Shown piece after piece: positions 1 through 9,904 of a DNA stretch of 64,000 bases (positions are counted from its first letter, which is position 1; the number at the start of each line of letters is the position of its first letter). The translations under genes were made by a program, and so were the position numbers. The notes beneath the pieces were generated by a model, which saw only the letters and a list, made by a program, of their open reading frames with translations, was not told where the DNA came from and made no database searches. This DNA comes from an uncultured Gemmatimonadales bacterium. Lineage in GTDB: Bacteria; Gemmatimonadota; Gemmatimonadetes; Gemmatimonadales; GWC2-71-9. Where the stretch lies: the NCBI GenBank assembly GCA_963779755.1, contig CAVZZO010000001.1:1536001-1600000 (forward strand), given 5' to 3'.

Positions 1-232
1 TGGGTGACTCCCGCGGGATATCGGCCCCGAAGTGCACCACCCCCTCAGCAATCTCTACCCAGAGAAAGACCGGTGTCTGGCATTCGGCAATCCGGTGCAG
101 CTCGCGGTCGCTGTCGGCCTGAAACCGCTGCGGCAGGGGCGGGAGCCGCTCGGAGTACTGTAGCAGCATCTCCAGCCGCCCGGTGCGGTCCATCCGCTGG
201 AATCGATCGACGACACGCGCAAGATCGGGCAT
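1..232 (-). CDS. sufE: SufE-family Fe-S sulfur acceptor protein (5' part; runs off the window start)
   Basis: Not in the ORF track. Manual translation from ATG at 232 gives MPDLARVVDRFQRMDRTGRLEMLLQYSERLPPLP...IAECQTPVFLWVE...VHFGADIPRESP, with the SufE CQ-x-x-V motif. Confidence 0.8.
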   Translation of the reverse strand, partial: MPDLARVVDRFQRMDRTGRLEMLLQYSERLPPLPQRFQADSDRELHRIAECQTPVFLWVEIAEGVVHFGADIPRESP

Positions 233-251
233 GAACGGAAGCTAACAGGAC

Positions 252-307
252 GGCCCCGAAGGCCTTCCTCCCGGCCCTCGCTCTTGGAGGCCGCTCGGTT
301 GCAGGAG
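252..307. repeat. Diverged copy of the 54-bp hairpin repeat found at 31004-31111
   Basis: GGCCCCGAAGGCCTTCCTCCCGGCCCTCGCTCTTGGAGGCCGCTCGGTTGCAGGAG aligns end to end with the 31-kb unit. Confidence 0.75.
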
Positions 308-387
308 GGCAGGTTGCTCATCTGGTGGCTAAAGTGTAATGTCGCTTCGCCGTACCGCCGGACCCGCGTCCCTCTACGGGAGGCTCC

Positions 388-957
388 ATGCATCGTCGTG
401 AAGCCGTGGCCGCCCTTGGCGGCATCCTGGCCCTGCCGGCCCTGCGCCGCCTGCCGGCCGATCCGCTGGCCCGTGCCCGGGTGGCCCACGAGCAGGCCGC
501 CCGCATCCCGCCGGACTTTTTCAACCCCCACCAGCGCGAGACGGTCACCACGGTGGCCGAGTTGATCATTCCGGCTACCGATACGCCGGGGGCCCGGGAG
601 GCGGGCGTGGGCGGGTTCATCGAGCTGATCGTGGGCTCCTGGTACACCGACCTGGACCGGGATGCCTTCCTGCAGGGCCTGCGCGGTCTGGACGAGCAGA
701 GCCGCGCGGCTTTCGGTGCCGATTTTCTGGGGGGAACCCCGGGGCAGCAGGTTGACTTGCTGACCGCGCTGGAGGCCGAGGCGCGCCGGAACCCGGCGTC
801 CCAGCGGCCCACTCCCTTCTTTTCCCGCATCAAGTCCCTCACCATTTCGGGCTACTACACCTCGGAGCTGGGCATGCGGGACGAGCTGCACTACGAAGTC
901 ATCCCGGGATCCTACGACGGGTGCGTGCCGCTGTCGCACCGGGCGGGTGGGCAATGA
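388..957 (+). CDS. Gluconate 2-dehydrogenase subunit 3-family protein (Tat partner of a GMC flavoprotein)
   Basis: MHRREAV twin-arginine-like signal; IIPATDTPGA and GYYTSE motifs; GGAGG RBS; ATGA overlap with the next gene. Confidence 0.9.
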   Translation: MHRREAVAALGGILALPALRRLPADPLARARVAHEQAARIPPDFFNPHQRETVTTVAELIIPATDTPGAREAGVGGFIELIVGSWYTDLDRDAFLQGLRGLDEQSRAAFGADFLGGTPGQQVDLLTALEAEARRNPASQRPTPFFSRIKSLTISGYYTSELGMRDELHYEVIPGSYDGCVPLSHRAGGQ

Positions 958-2636
958 GCCCGGACTACGATGCCATCGTCGTGGGGTCGGGCATCACCGG
1001 CGGCTGGGCGGCCAAGGGATTGTGCGAGCACGGCCTGCGCACCCTGGTGCTGGAAGCGGGCCGGCCTATCGATCCCGGGAAGGACTACTGCGAACATGTC
1101 CTGCCCTGGCAGATGCCGTTCCGCGGCTGGGGCGACCGGACCGCGCTGGAACGGGACCAGCCGATCCAGCGGCACTGTTACGCCTGCGATGAATGGAGCG
1201 GCAAGTTCTTCGTGAACGACCGGGAGAATCCCTACGTCTTCGATCCGGCAACGCCGTTCCACTGGATCCGCGGCCGGCAGGTGGGTGGGCGGTCGATCAT
1301 GTGGGGGCGGCAGGTGTACCGCTGGAGCGACCTCGATTTCGAGGCCAATGCCCGCGACGGCCACGGGGTGGACTGGCCCATCCGCTACGCCGATCTCGAG
1401 CCCTGGTACGATTACGTCGAGAAGTTCATCGGGATCAGCGGCGAGCGCCTGGGCCTGCCCCAGCTCCCCGACGGCCAGTTCCTCCCTCCGATGAACATGA
1501 ACTGCGCCGAACTCGGCGTGCGCGAGGCCGTGGGCCGCCACTGGGCCGGCGAGCGCGTGGTGACCATCGGCCGCTGCGCCATCCTGACCCGGCCGCACGG
1601 CGGCCGCGCGGCCTGCCACTACTGCGGGCCCTGCGAGCGGGGCTGCATCACCCACAGCTACTTCAACAGTATCGGGGTGACGCTGCCGGCCGCCCGGGCC
1701 ACGGGACGGTTGACGCTGCGGCCGTTCAGCGTGGTCCACAGCGTCATCTATGACGAGCGGCGGGGCCGGGCCGCGGGCGTGCGGGTGATCGACGCGAACA
1801 CCCGCCAATCTCTGGAGTTCCGCGCCCGGATCATTTTCCTCTGCGCGTCCACCCTGGAGTCCACCCGGCTGCTGCTGCACTCGGCGACGCCCCGCTTCAG
1901 TGCCGGCCTGGCCAATTCCAGCGGGCAGCTGGGCCGCAACCTGATGGATCATTGCATGGGAGGCGGCGCCGGCGGCACGCTGGACGGTATGACCGACCGG
2001 ACCACCCACGGGCGCCGGCCCAACGGGATCTACGTGCCCCGGTTCCGCAACGTGAAGGATGCCCACCCCGGCTTCCTCCGGGGCTACGGTTTCCAGGGTG
2101 GTGGCGGGCGCTCGGGCTGGGGGCGCGGCAGCACCCTGCCCGGCTTCGGGGCCGGGCTGAAGGAAGCCCTCCGGACCCCGGGGCCGTGGGGGTTTTCGTT
2201 CTACGGCTTCGGCGAGTGCCTGCCGCGGCCCACCAACTTCGTGGAACTGGATCCCGATGTACAGGATGCCTGGGGGATCCCCGCGCTGCGGATTCACTGC
2301 ACCTGGAGCGAGAACGAGCGGGCCCTGCTCCAGGACATGTCGGAGACCGCGGCAGAGATGCTGGAGGCCGCCGGGGCCCGCGATATCCAGCCGTTCGTGC
2401 AGGACAACCCGCCGGGCCTGACCATCCACGAAATGGGCACCGCGCGGATGGGGCGCGATCCGGCGACCTCGGTGCTGAACGCCCACAACCAGTGCCACGA
2501 TGTGCCCAATCTCTTCGTGACCGACGGCGCCGGCATGGCGTCGTCGGCCTGCCAGAATCCCTCCATCACCTACATGGCCTTGACCGCCCGCGCCGCGGCG
2601 TACGCGGTGGAGCAGCTCAAGCGCCGGGAGCTGTGA
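954..2636 (+). CDS. GMC-family FAD oxidoreductase (glycoside 3-dehydrogenase-like)
   Basis: GSGITGG FAD motif, CxxCxxCxxGC cluster, HEMGTARMG and CQNPS motifs. Confidence 0.92.
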   Translation: MSPDYDAIVVGSGITGGWAAKGLCEHGLRTLVLEAGRPIDPGKDYCEHVLPWQMPFRGWGDRTALERDQPIQRHCYACDEWSGKFFVNDRENPYVFDPATPFHWIRGRQVGGRSIMWGRQVYRWSDLDFEANARDGHGVDWPIRYADLEPWYDYVEKFIGISGERLGLPQLPDGQFLPPMNMNCAELGVREAVGRHWAGERVVTIGRCAILTRPHGGRAACHYCGPCERGCITHSYFNSIGVTLPAARATGRLTLRPFSVVHSVIYDERRGRAAGVRVIDANTRQSLEFRARIIFLCASTLESTRLLLHSATPRFSAGLANSSGQLGRNLMDHCMGGGAGGTLDGMTDRTTHGRRPNGIYVPRFRNVKDAHPGFLRGYGFQGGGGRSGWGRGSTLPGFGAGLKEALRTPGPWGFSFYGFGECLPRPTNFVELDPDVQDAWGIPALRIHCTWSENERALLQDMSETAAEMLEAAGARDIQPFVQDNPPGLTIHEMGTARMGRDPATSVLNAHNQCHDVPNLFVTDGAGMASSACQNPSITYMALTARAAAYAVEQLKRREL

Positions 2637-3478
2637 GCGTGACCGACCGCCGATCCTTCCTCCAGGCGCTGGGCGCCGCCGGTTTTGCCGCCTCGCTCCC
2701 CGGCACCCTGGGGGCCCGCCTTCCGGCGCGCGATCGTCTGGGAGCGATCGGCGTGCAGCTCTACTCCGTGCGCGACCTCATGCAGCAGGATTTCGAGGGC
2801 ACCCTGGCCCGGGTGGCGGAAATCGGCTACCGCCAGGTGGAGTTCGCCGGCTATTTCGGCCGGTCACCCGTGGAGGTCCGCGCCATCCTCGACCGCCACG
2901 GGCTCACCGCCCCCTCCTCTCATCTGGCCATCGAAACCCTGGAGCAGGGCTGGGACGAGGCGCTGGAGGCGGCCAGGACCATCGGGCACCGCTACCTGGT
3001 GGTTGCCTGGGTGCCCCAGGAACGGCGGCCCACGCTGGCCGGGTGGCGCGAGGTCGCCGGGCTGTTCAACCGGGCCGGCGCCCGCGCCCACGAGGCCGGC
3101 ATCGGGTTCGCCTTCCACAACCACGACTACGAATTCGTGCCGCTGGAGGGGAAGCTGCCCTACGACGTGCTGCTCGAGGCCACCGATCCCGCCACCGTCC
3201 GGATGGAAATGGATCTCTACTGGATTACCAAGGGGGGTGGCGATCCACTGGCCTATTTCGCGCGGTATCCCGGCCGGTTTCCCATGGTGCACGTGAAGGA
3301 CATGGCGCCCGATCAGAGCATGGTGGACGTCGGCGCGGGGACCATCGACTGGGCGAAGATCTTCCGGCATCACCGGCAGGCGGGCATCGAGTACTATTTC
3401 GTCGAGCACGACGAGCCGAAGGATCCCTTCGCCAGCATCGCGGCGAGCTATCGATATCTGCGGCACCTCGATTTCTAG
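2633..3478 (+). CDS. Sugar phosphate isomerase/epimerase-family TIM barrel (IolE-like), Tat signal
   Basis: GTGA overlap with the GMC stop; DRRSFL signal; GVQLYSVR, FHNHDYEF, EMDLYW, HVKD and VEHD motifs. Confidence 0.88.
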   Translation: MSVTDRRSFLQALGAAGFAASLPGTLGARLPARDRLGAIGVQLYSVRDLMQQDFEGTLARVAEIGYRQVEFAGYFGRSPVEVRAILDRHGLTAPSSHLAIETLEQGWDEALEAARTIGHRYLVVAWVPQERRPTLAGWREVAGLFNRAGARAHEAGIGFAFHNHDYEFVPLEGKLPYDVLLEATDPATVRMEMDLYWITKGGGDPLAYFARYPGRFPMVHVKDMAPDQSMVDVGAGTIDWAKIFRHHRQAGIEYYFVEHDEPKDPFASIAASYRYLRHLDF

Positions 3479-3558
3479 CAGGAATCAGGTATCGGGACGC
3501 AGGGGGACCGGCATCCATCCTGATTCCCGATTCCTCCCACTCTGATCCCGGGATACGG

Positions 3559-4428
3559 ATGGGCTCCATCACCAGACGCGAAGCGATCGCTGCCTCCGCC
3601 GGACTGGCGGGGGCGCTCCTGCTGCCCGGCACCGGCCCTGCTCCGCTGGTCCGGGCCGCCGGCCCCGGCCGTCTCAAGCAGTCGGTTTGCCGCTGGGCGT
3701 GGGGCGGCCTGTCCCTGGACCGGCTCTGCCGGGCGGGCAAGGCGCTGGGGCTCGCGGGGATCGACCTGCTGAACATTCCGGACTGGCAGCGGGTGGTGGA
3801 CTATGGCCTGCTCTGTACCATGGGCTACCCGGCCGACCGGCCGGATTTCAACACCACCGGGTTCAACGACCGGCGCCATCACCCCATGCTGCTGAGGGAG
3901 CTGGAAGGGGCGCTGCCGCTGGCGGCCCGGCATGGCATCCCCAACCTGCTGGCGATGGTGGGTAACCGCGAGGGGCGCAGCGACGCCGACGGCATCGCCG
4001 CATGCGCCGAAGGGCTGCGGCAGATCGCGCCGCTGGCGGAAGAGCAGGGGGTGACGATCTGTGTGGAGCTGCTGAACAGCCGGGTGGACCACAAGGACTA
4101 CCAGGGCGACCACACCGCCTTCGGCCTGGCGGTGCTGCGGGAGGTCGGGTCACCCCGGGTCAGGCTGCTCTATGACATCTATCATATGCAGATCATGGAA
4201 GGCGATATCATCCGCACCATCCGTGATCATCTGCCGGAGATCGGCCATTTTCACACCGGCGGGGTGCCGGGCCGGCACGAACTCGACGGGTCGCAGGAAC
4301 TGCAGTACCCGGCCATTGCCAGGGCTATCGCCGATGCCGGGTTCACCGGATATCTGGCTCACGAGTTCGAGCCGACCGGCAACCCCATTGCCTCCCTGCG
4401 GCAGGCCGTAGAGGCCTGCCGGGTCTGA
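3559..4428 (+). CDS. Hydroxypyruvate isomerase-like TIM barrel protein, Tat signal
   Basis: ITRREAI signal; ELLNSRVDH, LYDIYHMQIMEG, HFHTGGVPGRHE and HEF motifs. Confidence 0.88.
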   Translation: MGSITRREAIAASAGLAGALLLPGTGPAPLVRAAGPGRLKQSVCRWAWGGLSLDRLCRAGKALGLAGIDLLNIPDWQRVVDYGLLCTMGYPADRPDFNTTGFNDRRHHPMLLRELEGALPLAARHGIPNLLAMVGNREGRSDADGIAACAEGLRQIAPLAEEQGVTICVELLNSRVDHKDYQGDHTAFGLAVLREVGSPRVRLLYDIYHMQIMEGDIIRTIRDHLPEIGHFHTGGVPGRHELDGSQELQYPAIARAIADAGFTGYLAHEFEPTGNPIASLRQAVEACRV

Positions 4429-4566
4429 GCGGGCAGAGACCTCTTCGCTGTCGTTCCGGCCGGCCGGCGCGCCCGGCAGTGGGTCCTCGCTGGCGTTCTC
4501 GCCTCGATCCTGTCATGTTCCATTTCCTTCTCCACCACCCCGCACTTTCTCGTGGGACACTCCGAC

Positions 4567-6258
4567 ATGTCCTCAGGCTCGTCCAAGACGTACGACGTTG
4601 TCATCGTCGGCTCCGGAGCCGGCGGCGGTATGGCCGCGTGGGCCCTTACCCAGGCAGGGGCGGAGGTGGCGGTGCTGGAGGCCGGTCCCCTGTGGTTCAG
4701 CACCAGGGATTCGGCCATGTTCAAGTGGGCCTACGACTCCCCCCGCCGGGGCGCGTCGACGCCCACGCGGCCGTTTGGCGAGTTCGATGCCTGCGACGGC
4801 GGCTGGGATATTCCGGGAGAGCCCTACACCCGGGCCCCCGGGACCAAGTTCGACTGGTGGCGCGCCCGCATGCTGGGGGGGCGCACCAACCACTGGGGCC
4901 GGATCTCCCTGCGGTTCGGGCCCTACGATTTCCAGCGGAGAACCCGGGACGGCCTGGGGCAAGACTGGCCCATCCGCTACGAAGACCTGGCACCGTGGTA
5001 CGATCGGGTGGACCGGCTGATCGGGTTGTTCGGCAGCCCGGAGAACCTCCCCAACGAGCCCAACGGGGTGTTCATGCCCCCGCCGGCGCCCCGCTGCTAC
5101 GAGCTGTTGGTCAAGCGGGCCTGCGACAAGCTCGACATCACCTGCATTCCGTCGCGCCTGTCCATCATTACCCGGCCGCTCAACGGCCGGCCCGGGTGTC
5201 ACTACTGCGGTGAGTGCAACCGGGGGTGCGGGGTCAACGCGAATTTCTCCTCTCCCGGCGTGCTGCTGAAACCGGCCCTCGATACCGGCCGGCTCACGCT
5301 GATCCCCAATGCCATGGCCCGGGAGGTGACGCTGGACCGGTCGGGACGTGCCCGCGGGGTGACGTACGTCGACAAGTCCACCGGCACCGAATCCTCCATC
5401 CAGGGGCGGGTGGTCGTGCTCGCCGCCAGCGCCTGCGAATCCGCCCGGCTCCTGCTCAACTCCAGGTCTTCGAAGTTCCCCGACGGGCTGGCCAACGGGA
5501 GCGGCCAGGTGGGCAAGTGGCTCACCGACACCACCGGCACCGACATGGCGGGGTTCATTCCCCGGCTGGCGGGCAACCTGCCGCACAACGAGGACGGTGT
5601 GGGGGGCATGCACGTCTACATGCCCTGGTGGCTGGACAATGCCAAGCTCGACTTTCCGCGCGGCTATCACATCGAGGTCTGGGGCGGCCGCGGCATGCCG
5701 AGTTACGGGTTCATGGGAGGGATTCAGGGCTATCCCGGGGGCGGCGGGTACGGCCGGAACCTGAAGGATCTCTACCGCCGCTATTACGGCTCGGTGGTAG
5801 GGTTCAGCGGCCGGGGCGAGATGATCCCCAACGCGCACAGCTTCTGCGACATCGACCCGGAGGTGAAGGACCAATGGGGCATTCCAGTGCTCCGGTTCCA
5901 CTGGCGCTGGTCCCGGCACGAGATCCTGCAGGTGAAGCACATGCAGGAAACCTTTCATGCCATCATCGATGCCATGGGGGGTACGCCGCTGTGGAAGATG
6001 CCGGGGCCGGAGGACGATTACGGCATCGCCTCGGGCGGGCGCATCATCCACGAGCTGGGCACCACCCGCATGGGCAGCGACCCGAACGGCTCGGTGGTCA
6101 ACGGCTGGTGCCAGGCGCACGAGGTCAAGAACCTGTTCATCACCGACGGCGGTCCGTTCGTGTCCCAGGCGGACAAGAACCCGACCTGGACGATCCTCGC
6201 GCTCAGCATGCGCGCCAGCGACTACATCGCCCGCCAGCGTAAGGCGGGGGCGCTGTGA
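4567..6258 (+). CDS. Second GMC-family FAD oxidoreductase
   Basis: GSGAGGG, GGRTNHWGR, CHYCGECNRGC, HELGTTRMG and KNPT motifs. Confidence 0.92.
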   Translation: MSSGSSKTYDVVIVGSGAGGGMAAWALTQAGAEVAVLEAGPLWFSTRDSAMFKWAYDSPRRGASTPTRPFGEFDACDGGWDIPGEPYTRAPGTKFDWWRARMLGGRTNHWGRISLRFGPYDFQRRTRDGLGQDWPIRYEDLAPWYDRVDRLIGLFGSPENLPNEPNGVFMPPPAPRCYELLVKRACDKLDITCIPSRLSIITRPLNGRPGCHYCGECNRGCGVNANFSSPGVLLKPALDTGRLTLIPNAMAREVTLDRSGRARGVTYVDKSTGTESSIQGRVVVLAASACESARLLLNSRSSKFPDGLANGSGQVGKWLTDTTGTDMAGFIPRLAGNLPHNEDGVGGMHVYMPWWLDNAKLDFPRGYHIEVWGGRGMPSYGFMGGIQGYPGGGGYGRNLKDLYRRYYGSVVGFSGRGEMIPNAHSFCDIDPEVKDQWGIPVLRFHWRWSRHEILQVKHMQETFHAIIDAMGGTPLWKMPGPEDDYGIASGGRIIHELGTTRMGSDPNGSVVNGWCQAHEVKNLFITDGGPFVSQADKNPTWTILALSMRASDYIARQRKAGAL

Positions 6259-6373
6259 ACGGAGAGCCGCCAAGGCGCGACGATCGCGAAGGGGTCGCAA
6301 AGAACCGTTGGTGGCTCCACGGCCTTCGCGATCTCTGCGTCTTCGCGGTGAATGCACTCACTGGAGGCATGCT

Positions 6374-6964
6374 ATGGATCCCGTAAACCGTCGAGAGGCG
6401 GTAGCGCTTCTCAGCTCCGCCGCGCTCACTCTCGGCTTCCGGTGGACGCCGGCGGATGTGGATCGCGCCGCGCGCGCGGCCGGTGCCGCGCTGGCGGAGG
6501 GGAACTTCGCCCCGAAGTTCTTCACGCCCCACGAATGGGAGACGGTCCGCCTCCTCACCGACCTGATCCTGCCGGCCGATGGCCGGTCGGGGAGCGCCAC
6601 CGATGCGGGCGTGCCCGAATTCATGGATTTCATGATGACCGACCGGCCGGAGAACCAGCAGGCCATGCGCGACGGGCTGGGGTGGCTGGATGCCGAGTGC
6701 CGGCGGCGGTTCCAGAAGCCCTTCACCGGCTGCGCCGCCGCCCAGCGAAAGGCGCTGCTGGATCTCCTCGCGTGGCCCGACCGCGCGCCGGCACCGGTCA
6801 AGGAAGGGGTGGCGTTCTTCAACAGCTTCCGGGACCTCACCGCCAGCGGTTTCTGGTCCAGCAAGATGGGCGTCGAGGATCTCCAGTACATGGGGAATAC
6901 CTATGTGCAGGAGTGGAACGGCTGCCCCCCCGAAGTGTTGAAGCACCTGGGGCTGGGAACATGA
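6374..6964 (+). CDS. Second gluconate 2-dehydrogenase subunit 3-family protein
   Basis: GGAGG RBS; VNRREAV signal; SATDAGVPEF and GFWSSKMG motifs. Confidence 0.88.
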   Translation: MDPVNRREAVALLSSAALTLGFRWTPADVDRAARAAGAALAEGNFAPKFFTPHEWETVRLLTDLILPADGRSGSATDAGVPEFMDFMMTDRPENQQAMRDGLGWLDAECRRRFQKPFTGCAAAQRKALLDLLAWPDRAPAPVKEGVAFFNSFRDLTASGFWSSKMGVEDLQYMGNTYVQEWNGCPPEVLKHLGLGT

Positions 6965-6995
6965 GACGTAAGACGTGAGACGTGAGGCGTAAGGC
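6962..6995. repeat. Heptamer tandem array T(G/A)AG(A/G)CG x~5
   Basis: TGAGACGTAAGACGTGAGACGTGAGGCGTAAGGC, read directly. Confidence 0.8.
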
Positions 6996-7067
6996 ATTTC
7001 CGACCTCAGACGCTCGACCGCGTTGACCCCCCGGCCCTCTCGACCACTTCAGGAGTACATCGCACCC

Positions 7068-8306
7068 ATGGCTCCACGGCTCGGCATCGGCATCATCGGC
7101 AGCGGCTTCGTCGCAAAGTTCCATCTCCAGGCGTTCGTCGGGGTGCGCGACGCGGATATCCTGGGCATCTGGAGCCCCACGAAGAAACACGCCGAGGAAA
7201 CCGCCGCCCTCTCCCGCCGGCTCGGCGTGGGGGAAGCCCGGGTCTTTGCCTCCATCGCCGAGATGGTGGCCGATCCCGCCATCGGAGCGCTGTGGATCTG
7301 CGCGCCGAACTACGCCCGGGAGGCCACGATCGAAGAGATCGTCCACGCGGTGCGGTCGGGCGCGGGTGAGCTCCGGGGAATCGCCTGCGAGAAACCGCTG
7401 GCGCGCAATGTGGCCGAGGCCAAGAGAATCACCGCGCTGGTCAAGGGCGCGGGCCTGCGCCACGGCTACCTGGAGAACCAGCTCTTCGCGCCCGGCATCA
7501 CCCGGGGGCGCAGTATCATCTGGGCCCGCGGGGCGACGCTCACCGGCCGCCCCTACCTGGCGCGCGCCGCCGAGGAGCATGCCGGACCCCACATGCCCTG
7601 GTTCTGGCAGGGGCAGTTGCAGGGCGGCGGCGTGCTGAACGACATGATGTGCCATTCGGTGGAGGTGGTGCGGCATCTGCTCACCGAACCCGGCGCCGCG
7701 CGGGACAGCATTCGCCCGGTGCGGGTGACCGGCCGGATCGCCAGCCTCAAGTGGTCGCGTCCGGAGTACGTGAAGAAGCTGCGCAGCACCATGGGCAAGG
7801 AAGTGGACTACGAGCACCATCCGGCCGAGGACTTCGCCAGCGTCAGCGTGGAATACGAAACCGGCGATGGCCGCACCCTGATCGGCGAGGCCAGCACCAG
7901 CTGGAGCTTCGTGGGTGCCGGCCTGCGGTTGTCGGCCGAGCTGCTGGGCCCGGAGTATTCCCTGGCCTGGAACACGCTGGACAGCAGCTTGCGGCTCTTC
8001 TTCAGCCGGGAGGTCAAGGGCAAGGCGGGCGAGGACCTGGTGGAGAAGCAGAATGCCGAGATGGGCCTGATGCCGGTAGTGCCGGACGAACCGGTGGCCT
8101 ACGGCTATGAGGCGGAGGACCGGCACTTCGTGCGGGCCTTCCTCGCCGGCGAGACGCCCTCGCTCATCTTCGATGACGGGGTCGAGGTCGTGCGCATGCT
8201 GATGACGGCCTACATGAGCGCGGAACAGGGACGGACCCTGGACTTCCCGCCGGCCGACCTGGACAGCTTCGTGCCGCAGGTGGCGCAGGGAACCTGGAAG
8301 CCGTAA
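7068..8306 (+). CDS. Gfo/Idh/MocA-family NAD(P) oxidoreductase
   Basis: GIIGSGFVA Rossmann motif, CEKP, GGGVLNDMMCH; AGGAG RBS. Confidence 0.9.
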   Translation: MAPRLGIGIIGSGFVAKFHLQAFVGVRDADILGIWSPTKKHAEETAALSRRLGVGEARVFASIAEMVADPAIGALWICAPNYAREATIEEIVHAVRSGAGELRGIACEKPLARNVAEAKRITALVKGAGLRHGYLENQLFAPGITRGRSIIWARGATLTGRPYLARAAEEHAGPHMPWFWQGQLQGGGVLNDMMCHSVEVVRHLLTEPGAARDSIRPVRVTGRIASLKWSRPEYVKKLRSTMGKEVDYEHHPAEDFASVSVEYETGDGRTLIGEASTSWSFVGAGLRLSAELLGPEYSLAWNTLDSSLRLFFSREVKGKAGEDLVEKQNAEMGLMPVVPDEPVAYGYEAEDRHFVRAFLAGETPSLIFDDGVEVVRMLMTAYMSAEQGRTLDFPPADLDSFVPQVAQGTWKP

Positions 8307-8346
8307 ATCTTCCCTTTCCCTCAGTCCTTTGGCTTTTGCTCCTTTG

Positions 8347-9681
8347 TTATAGCGTCCACCCCTTCCGGTACACCGGCTGGATATACTCGCCCGGAATCCC
8401 GCTGGTGGTGACCTTCCCCTGGCTGTCCACTTCGATGGTGCGGCCGGTGCGCACCGCCAGATCGCCCAGCAGGACCATCTCGGTGAGCGGGCCGGCATGG
8501 CCGTCGAAGGTGCTGCCGGCGGCCGGGCCGCCCTTGGCCGCCGCGATGAACTCGGCATAGACGCCGCCGGTGCGGGGATATTTCACCGGCACCGGGTGGG
8601 CGGTGACCTCGGCCATCTTTGCCGGATCCAGCAGCTTCGGCTCGTCCCCGTAGGTTCCGGCGACGAGCTTGCCTTCGGTCCCGATCCAGAGCTGGCCGCC
8701 CTCGGTGTCGAAGGGCCAGGGGTCGCCGGCCGGCACCTCGGGAGGACGCGGCGGGAAGAGCCCGCCGTCGCGCCAGACGGCCGTGATCTCGCCCCGGCCG
8801 TTGCGGGCGGGGAACTGGTATTCAATACGCGACGCGGCGGGCGCCGTCTCCGGATAGAGCTGGGTCACATCGGGGATGATGCGCGATGGATTGCGCAGGT
8901 CCAGCGTCCAGAACGCGGCGTCCATCAGGTGGCAGGCCATGTCGCCCAGGGCGCCGGTGCCGAAGTCCCACCAGCCGCGCCAGCGGAAGGGAGCATAGGC
9001 CGGGTTGTAGGGGCGCTCCGGGGCGGGGCCGAGCCAGAGATCCCACTGCATGGTGTCGGGAACGTAGAACTCCTGCAGCGGACGGTCGATCGCCTGGGGC
9101 CAGATAGGCCGGTTGGTCCAGAAGTGCACTTCCTTCACCGTACCGATGAGGCCGGCTTCCACCCACTCGCGGATGAGCCGGGTGCCTTCATGCGAGTGCC
9201 CCTGGTTGCCCATCTGGGTGGGCACCTTGAGCCGGCGGGCCGCGTCTTCCAGCGCATGGACCTCGCCCAGGGTGCGGGCCAGGGGCTTCTGGCAGTAGGT
9301 GGGCTTCCCCAGGTTCAGGGACATCATGGCCGCCGCGGCGTGGGAGTGGTCGGGAATGGTGACCGTCACGGCGTCGATGTTGCTGGCTTCCTTGTCGAAC
9401 ATCTCCCGGTAATCCCGGTAGCGCCTGGCCCTGGGGAACTCCCGGAAGGATTGGGCCGCGCTCTTGTCGTCCACATCGCAGAGCGCATAGATGTTCTCCA
9501 CGCTCATGCCCTGGACGTCGTTGTGGCCCATCCCCCCGACGCCGATGCAGGCCACGTTGAGCGTGTCGCTGGGAGCGCGATAGCCCACCCCTCCCAGGAC
9601 GTGGCGCGGCACGATGGTGAAGGCGCCGGCCGCCGCGGCCGTGCCCACGAAATCCCGCCGGGACATCGCATCGTCACTCAT
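8347..9681 (-). CDS. Gfo/Idh/MocA-family oxidoreductase, Tat signal
   Basis: SRRDFV signal; IGVGGMG, PDHSH, CQKPL, WDLWLGPAP and GALGDMACH motifs. Confidence 0.92.
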   Translation of the reverse strand: MSDDAMSRRDFVGTAAAAGAFTIVPRHVLGGVGYRAPSDTLNVACIGVGGMGHNDVQGMSVENIYALCDVDDKSAAQSFREFPRARRYRDYREMFDKEASNIDAVTVTIPDHSHAAAAMMSLNLGKPTYCQKPLARTLGEVHALEDAARRLKVPTQMGNQGHSHEGTRLIREWVEAGLIGTVKEVHFWTNRPIWPQAIDRPLQEFYVPDTMQWDLWLGPAPERPYNPAYAPFRWRGWWDFGTGALGDMACHLMDAAFWTLDLRNPSRIIPDVTQLYPETAPAASRIEYQFPARNGRGEITAVWRDGGLFPPRPPEVPAGDPWPFDTEGGQLWIGTEGKLVAGTYGDEPKLLDPAKMAEVTAHPVPVKYPRTGGVYAEFIAAAKGGPAAGSTFDGHAGPLTEMVLLGDLAVRTGRTIEVDSQGKVTTSGIPGEYIQPVYRKGWTL

Positions 9682-9722
9682 GGCCTCTCCTGTAGGCTTC
9701 GAGGAAACGGAAGGATCATGTG

Positions 9723-9848
9723 AAACCGCAGATTACGCAGATGACGCAGAATGGACGCCCGGGCCCCCATGTGGAATGCTCTTGTCAGCCCGGCAAGGCT
9801 CCAGGGAGGCTTGAAGGATCCAGGAGCAATCTGCGTAATCTGCGGTTT
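9723..9848. repeat. 126-bp element with perfect 20-bp terminal inverted repeats built from a CGCAGATTA nonamer
   Basis: AAACCGCAGATTACGCAGAT (9723-9742) is the exact reverse complement of 9829-9848. Confidence 0.85.
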
Positions 9849-9904
9849 CCTAAACCGGGCTCCGAGCTTCTCTCCCGGTACCCGACCCGGCCGTCAGGCA
9901 TCGA

